Origin: Caulobacterales bacterium
GTDB lineage: Bacteria; Pseudomonadota; Alphaproteobacteria; Caulobacterales; Aquidulcibacteraceae
DNA length: 64,000 bases
Assembly: GCA_049314555.1 (NCBI GenBank)
Contig: JBMOEW010000006.1
Location: forward strand, 23,100 to 87,099
Reading direction: 5' to 3'
Position numbers and translations under genes: made by a program. Within the stretch, counting starts at the first letter, position 1; each line of letters starts with the position of its first letter. Below are positions 61,691 to 64,000 of the stretch, piece by piece. The notes beneath the pieces were generated by a model. It had not been told where the DNA came from. It did not search any database and was given only the letters and a program-made list of their open reading frames with translations.

Positions 61691-61705
61691 ATGCAAAATA
61701 CGCAT
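61691..61705. promoter_or_regulatory. candidate LysR-type T-N11-A box
   Basis: ATGCAAAATACGCAT, a dyad ATGC-N7-GCAT in the divergent LysR/AhpD-like spacer. Confidence 0.35.
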
Positions 61706-61805
61706 GACAGACGTTCGCGTCCACCGATTTATTGCGCCAAATGCGCGGTGCACACAGACGGCCGTGGACGGCGCAGCGCCGCCCGCGCAGCAAAGGATCA
61801 TTCCG

Positions 61806-62390
61806 ATGACACAGTTTACCGTCCACACCATCGAAACCGCCCCGGCTGCCTCCAAGCCGCTTTTGGAGGGCGTCCAAAGGGCCTGGGGTTTCACCCCGCA
61901 ACTGCAAGGCACACTGGCGGAAAGCCCGCTTGCGCTGAGCGCCTATGACGGCCTGTTCAACCGCGTCGCAGCGGAAACCACGTTCACGCCGGCAGAGCTG
62001 CAGGTGGTCTACCTCGCCATCAATGTTTTGCATGAATGCGAATACTGCACGATGGGCCACACCTGGCTGGCGCGCAACGCCAAGCTGGATGAGGCTGCCA
62101 TCCAGGCGCTGCGCAACGAAGCGCCGATCCCGGATCAACGGCTGCAGGCGTTGCGCATGTTCGCGGAAACCGTTGTGCGCGAACGCGGCTTTACCGGCGA
62201 CGCCGCAGTGGATGCCTTCATCGCCGCCGGTTTCACCAAAGCGCAGGTCCTGGAAGTCGTCACCATCATCGCCGTGAAGACGATTTCCAACTACACCAAC
62301 CATCTGACCCACACGCCGAAGGAAAGCTTCATGAGCGATCCCGCTTTCGCCTGGGTTTCCCCGCGCCATCGCAAAGCGCATGCGGCCTAA
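61806..62390 (+). CDS. carboxymuconolactone decarboxylase / AhpD-like family protein
   Basis: MTQFTVHTIETAPAASKPLLEGV..., with CxxC-type motif HECEYCTMGH. The ORF-track start 61131 is antisense to lysR and was rejected. Confidence 0.85.
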   Translation: MTQFTVHTIETAPAASKPLLEGVQRAWGFTPQLQGTLAESPLALSAYDGLFNRVAAETTFTPAELQVVYLAINVLHECEYCTMGHTWLARNAKLDEAAIQALRNEAPIPDQRLQALRMFAETVVRERGFTGDAAVDAFIAAGFTKAQVLEVVTIIAVKTISNYTNHLTHTPKESFMSDPAFAWVSPRHRKAHAA

Positions 62391-62455
62391 ATGGATGTGC
62401 GGGGCGCTTCCCGCAGCGAGCGCCCCGCGTATTTGCACGAACAAGGATCGGCTTC

Positions 62456-63316
62456 ATGACCAGCATTGCTTTTCTCGCCCTTGGCGCGATGGGATCGCGT
62501 ATCGCCGACAATCTTCTCGACGCCGGTTTCGGTCTCACGGTCTGGAACCGCGATACAACGAAAACCGCACCGCTGGCAGACAAAGGCGCCAATGTAGCGT
62601 CTTCGCCGCGCGCCGCGGCCACGTCCGCAGACATCGTCTTCGCGATGGTGCGCGATGACGTCGCGTCCCGCGCCGTTTGGCTGGATCCGCACACCGGGGC
62701 GTTGGCCGCGATGCGCACCGGCGCGATCGCCATCGAAAGCTCCACGCTGACGCTCGACTTCACGCGCACGCTCGCCAAGAGCGCCCAAGTCGCAGGCATT
62801 GGGTTTTGGGACGCGCCCGTCGCAGGGTCTCGTCCGCAAGCGCAAGCCAAGCAACTGATCCATCTCGTTGGCGGCGATGCGGTGACCTTGTCGAGGGCGG
62901 AACCAGCGCTGAAAGCCATCGGCGCGGCCATCCATCATTTGGGCCCCGCCGGCTCTGGCATGGCGATGAAGCTTGCGGTCAACGCGCTGTTCGGCATTCA
63001 AGTCGCGGCCGTCGCGGAACTCTTGGGCGCGCTGGCCAAGCAAGGTGTCGATGGCGCCAAGGCCGCGGAAATCATTGGCGCTACGCCGGTAGCGAGCCCC
63101 GCCGCCAAAGCCGCAATGGCATCGATGATCGACGGCACCTATGCGCCACTCTTTCCGGTCGATCTGGTTGCGAAGGATTTTGATTGCGCAGCCACGAGCG
63201 CCACCGTAGTCGGATCTGAAACCCCGGTGTCGCGCGCTGCGGGCGCAGTCTTCATGGAGGCTATTGCCCATGGTCTCGGAGCGGAGCATCTCACAGCGGT
63301 GCGCAAGCTCTATTGA
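62456..63316 (+). CDS. NAD(P)-dependent oxidoreductase (3-hydroxyisobutyrate / 6-phosphogluconate dehydrogenase-like)
   Basis: IAFLALGAMGSRIADNL Rossmann motif, and GSGMAMKLAVN. Confidence 0.88.
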   Translation: MTSIAFLALGAMGSRIADNLLDAGFGLTVWNRDTTKTAPLADKGANVASSPRAAATSADIVFAMVRDDVASRAVWLDPHTGALAAMRTGAIAIESSTLTLDFTRTLAKSAQVAGIGFWDAPVAGSRPQAQAKQLIHLVGGDAVTLSRAEPALKAIGAAIHHLGPAGSGMAMKLAVNALFGIQVAAVAELLGALAKQGVDGAKAAEIIGATPVASPAAKAAMASMIDGTYAPLFPVDLVAKDFDCAATSATVVGSETPVSRAAGAVFMEAIAHGLGAEHLTAVRKLY

Positions 63317-63401
63317 GCGCATAAGGTTCGGGATTGCCGTTAGGTTTTGACTGACCCTGTGCGACGCGGCGGTTACAGAAAGACATAACCAGGAAGACCT
63401 G

Positions 63402-63896
63402 ATGGCCGTGGACTATGCAATGCGCCCTGCACGGCGGGAGGATGTTTCAGCGATCAGGCCGATCGTCGATTCAACCCTGTTTCCCGGGGAAATGTTGGAC
63501 GCGATGATAGCGCCCTATCTCGACGCGCCCTACAATACGGACATTTGGTTTGTCTGCGAACGCGATGGAGTCGTGCGCGGCGTGGGCTTTTGCGAAGCCG
63601 AGCGAATGACAGTGGGAACGTGGAACCTTTTGGCCATCGCGGTTGAACCCGCGATGCAAAGCCAAGGGGCCGGAGCCGCCATGATGGCGTGGCTCGAAGC
63701 GAGGTTGGCCAAGCGGGGCGAACGTGTGCTCATTGTTGAGACATCCGGTCTGCCGGAATATGCGCGCACACGGGACTTTTACGCGCGCATTGGCTACACC
63801 GGAGAGGCTCGCATCCGGGACTTTTATCAACACGGTGAAGACAAGATCGTTTTCTGGAAAGCCTTACAGGCCGACCAAGACTCTTCCTCGACGTAA
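63402..63896 (+). CDS. GNAT family N-acetyltransferase
   Basis: The acetyl-CoA binding region is LAIAVEPAMQSQGAGAAMMAWLE. Confidence 0.85.
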   Translation: MAVDYAMRPARREDVSAIRPIVDSTLFPGEMLDAMIAPYLDAPYNTDIWFVCERDGVVRGVGFCEAERMTVGTWNLLAIAVEPAMQSQGAGAAMMAWLEARLAKRGERVLIVETSGLPEYARTRDFYARIGYTGEARIRDFYQHGEDKIVFWKALQADQDSSST

Positions 63897-64000
63897 AAAG
63901 CCGTCTCGCAAGGTCGTCCTGGCAACAGGCGAAACGGCTCTTCGGCTGCGATCGGCGTGCTTGCCGCGAGCCTGAACAAACCGCCCCAGAGCTGGGGATG

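Noticed and set aside
61131-61805. 225-aa N-terminal extension of the AhpD-like ORF
   Set aside because: It is antisense to the LysR gene and has low-complexity basic sequence. The family-typical N-terminus MTQFTVHTIE starts at 61806 with an AAGGA SD.

Overview
High-GC (roughly 63-65% by eye) alphaproteobacterial chromosomal segment with about 68 tightly packed protein genes, many with 1-13 nt overlaps. Most of the window is conserved housekeeping. In order it holds an MFP+RND efflux pair, a YcgN/RNA-methyltransferase pair, tlyA, folB+SDR, a PA0069-type radical SAM gene, ypfJ and rnhB. Next come ccrM-mutY-DUF721(DciA)-dsbA, the ATP synthase F0 operon atpI-B-E-b'-b, and pyk. A glycine-riboswitch-controlled gcvT-gcvH-(paiB-like)-gcvPA-gcvPB operon follows, then NfeD/SPFH, a Prx5-type peroxiredoxin and yqgE. 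One long minus-strand run carries ctaC-ctaD | ctaB-small ORF-ctaG-ctaE-DUF983-SURF1-thrC-M16 peptidase-GNAT-EAL. The remaining core genes are tldD, gor, rpiA, glmU and gph. I found no rRNA, tRNA, CRISPR array, transposase or integrase. Two segments look accessory. The first (45.2-53.8 kb) has a TonB-dependent receptor, an orphan ParA-like ATPase with a 143-aa partner, a purple-acid-phosphatase-like esterase, and an MCP translationally coupled to an OprB porin behind a 41% GC leader. The second (58.1-64 kb) has a 75-aa protein, a 612-bp partly AT-rich spacer, a 495-aa membrane protein of unknown function, and a LysR/AhpD-like/dehydrogenase/GNAT set. The best candidates for something undescribed are the ParA-like two-gene module, the MCP-porin cassette and the unknown membrane protein. 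The clearest sequence-level oddities are an in-frame TAG that cuts a TMEM175/DUF1211 channel gene after 4 of 6 predicted helices, a 4 x 15 bp tandem repeat inside the atp operon, four GANTC sites in front of ccrM, and a 22-bp-spaced direct repeat in front of the TonB receptor. All functional calls rest on my recognition of translated motifs and gene order, and no database search was run.
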